Shown here piece by piece: positions 62,611-64,000 of a DNA stretch of 64,000 bases. This stretch comes from Azolla caroliniana (Eukaryota; Plantae; Polypodiophyta). The translations under genes were made by a program, and so were the position numbers. Location: assembly GCA_043228905.1 (NCBI GenBank), contig JBHGNT010000007.1:186001-250000 (forward strand), in the 5' to 3' direction. Every line of letters starts with the position of its first letter. The first letter of the stretch is position 1. The notes beneath the pieces were generated by a model. It worked only from the letters and a program-made list of their open reading frames with translations. It did not search any database and was not told the origin of the DNA.

Positions 62611-64000
62611 AGCCTTCGGGTGTTTTTCGTTAATACTACTAAAAAAATCTTTGAAGGAAAAAAAAAGGGAACCTTGAGTTTGTAGGATTTCTTCTAAGGA
62701 AGCCACATTAAGTTTCAGGGTTCTATCGGTTTGTTCTTGATAAGGTGGGTTGTCTATTTCGACCTCCTTTTTACTTATGTATACTAATGGAGCGAGGGGT
62801 AAGATAAGAGTAAATCTTTCTCTTGTTTCAATGAAACTCGCAAGAGTTGGGTTTTCCTTATCTTGGTTTTTTGCATGTCAGTCATCATGAATGACATGTG
62901 CATAATTTTGAATTTCTCACATTCCAACGTGAGGATTTGAATAAACCCCTGAGTGAGATGGTAAGATTGTGTATGGCAGGTAGTGTTTCATTTTATTTTG
63001 GTATGAACATACTATGCGTACTAGATTTGTTTTCTTTTTTGGGGCTTTTTCTTCATCTTTCTATTAATTATTGTTTGAGTGTTGAATTTGTGTTGCTCCA
63101 TGCTTTGAGCAATGCATTGGGCACTCATGCCTAAACATACTCCTACTTCTAATGACACAACAACCAACAACGCCAATCTTCTCTTTCATTCCTTTTACTA
63201 GAAATCATGTACTAAGTGGTCATGTTGTCCTAGCATGGCGGGGTCTAATGGTAGAAAATGGCGAAATAGGAACAACCATTGAAACAATGTAAATATGTAT
63301 CTATATGAAAAGAAAAATAAAATAACAAAAGGTAAATATTCAAATAGTTAATGTTGTTGGTTAGTGGGAAAAGGTGAAGGTTTTCAATCATAGTGTTTGT
63401 GTGCGGCATGGGAGTATTTTGACGGTTTTCTTCTTGAGTTTTTTCTCTCGGTATTAGGATTAGGAGTTGCACAGGAGACTGCCCTTAAGACACTCATCCA
63501 TTATTTTCTTCTGAGGTTTTCTTTTCCGTCACCTATTTTAGGGTTTCTCAGTGTTATCTGAGTTGAGTAAAACATGGATATTGGGCCATTTCTTCTCGAT
63601 TTTCATATTTCTATAGGGTTGGATCAAGGATAACTTGGTTCAACCAAAGCAACGTAAGAGGATATTATCAAAAAGTTGAAAGAGTTAAAAGGGGGTGTGT
63701 GGATTGTACATCAACAAAAGGCAGTGTAGTTGTAGGTCGTAGCCACCCCTCACCAAAACTAAAGAAATGTTCTTTTCCTACTATTAACCCATATTTTCTC
63801 CTAATCTAATTTCTTCACACCCTACGTTAAAAGGGTTTTCTCATCGTAATTGAATATTCATTGTAATAGATACATCTTAGTCTTAATCTTAAAATATCGT
63901 CTTCTGGCTATGTTGTGCAAAAGAGGGAGAGGGTGATTTGCAACATCGTCAACAAAGAGCGATCAAAAGGGGGTTGAATCCACAAGCACCCAGTGATTCC

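Overview
Eukaryotic land-plant DNA; a seed-free plant is suggested by the retroelement lineages, but this is inference. The first ~14 kb is AT-rich and genic. It holds the last exon of a C2-domain (AGD11/12/13- or CAR-like) gene, a 177-bp tandem repeat, a hAT-type MITE, a complete multi-exon CENP-O gene and a mitochondrial-type bTHX (S31/PSRP4 family) gene. From 14.67 to 61.64 kb lie two piles of nested LTR retrotransposons, separated by LINE remnants and a ~360-bp tandem array that the second pile splits. The dominant family is an unusual tRNA-Trp-primed Ty3/Gypsy whose proteins resemble fungal Ylt1-type elements. It is present as one intact copy, three decayed copies, two solo LTRs and a Gag-only non-autonomous partner. 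It shows a covarying -1 frameshift pseudoknot placed after the protease, a DHG protease motif and an FLDD RT motif. Its 4-bp target sites are all centred on CpG, and a covarying RNA structure encloses its PPT. An intact, very young, CCGG-rich Copia sits inside the intact Gypsy's LTR.
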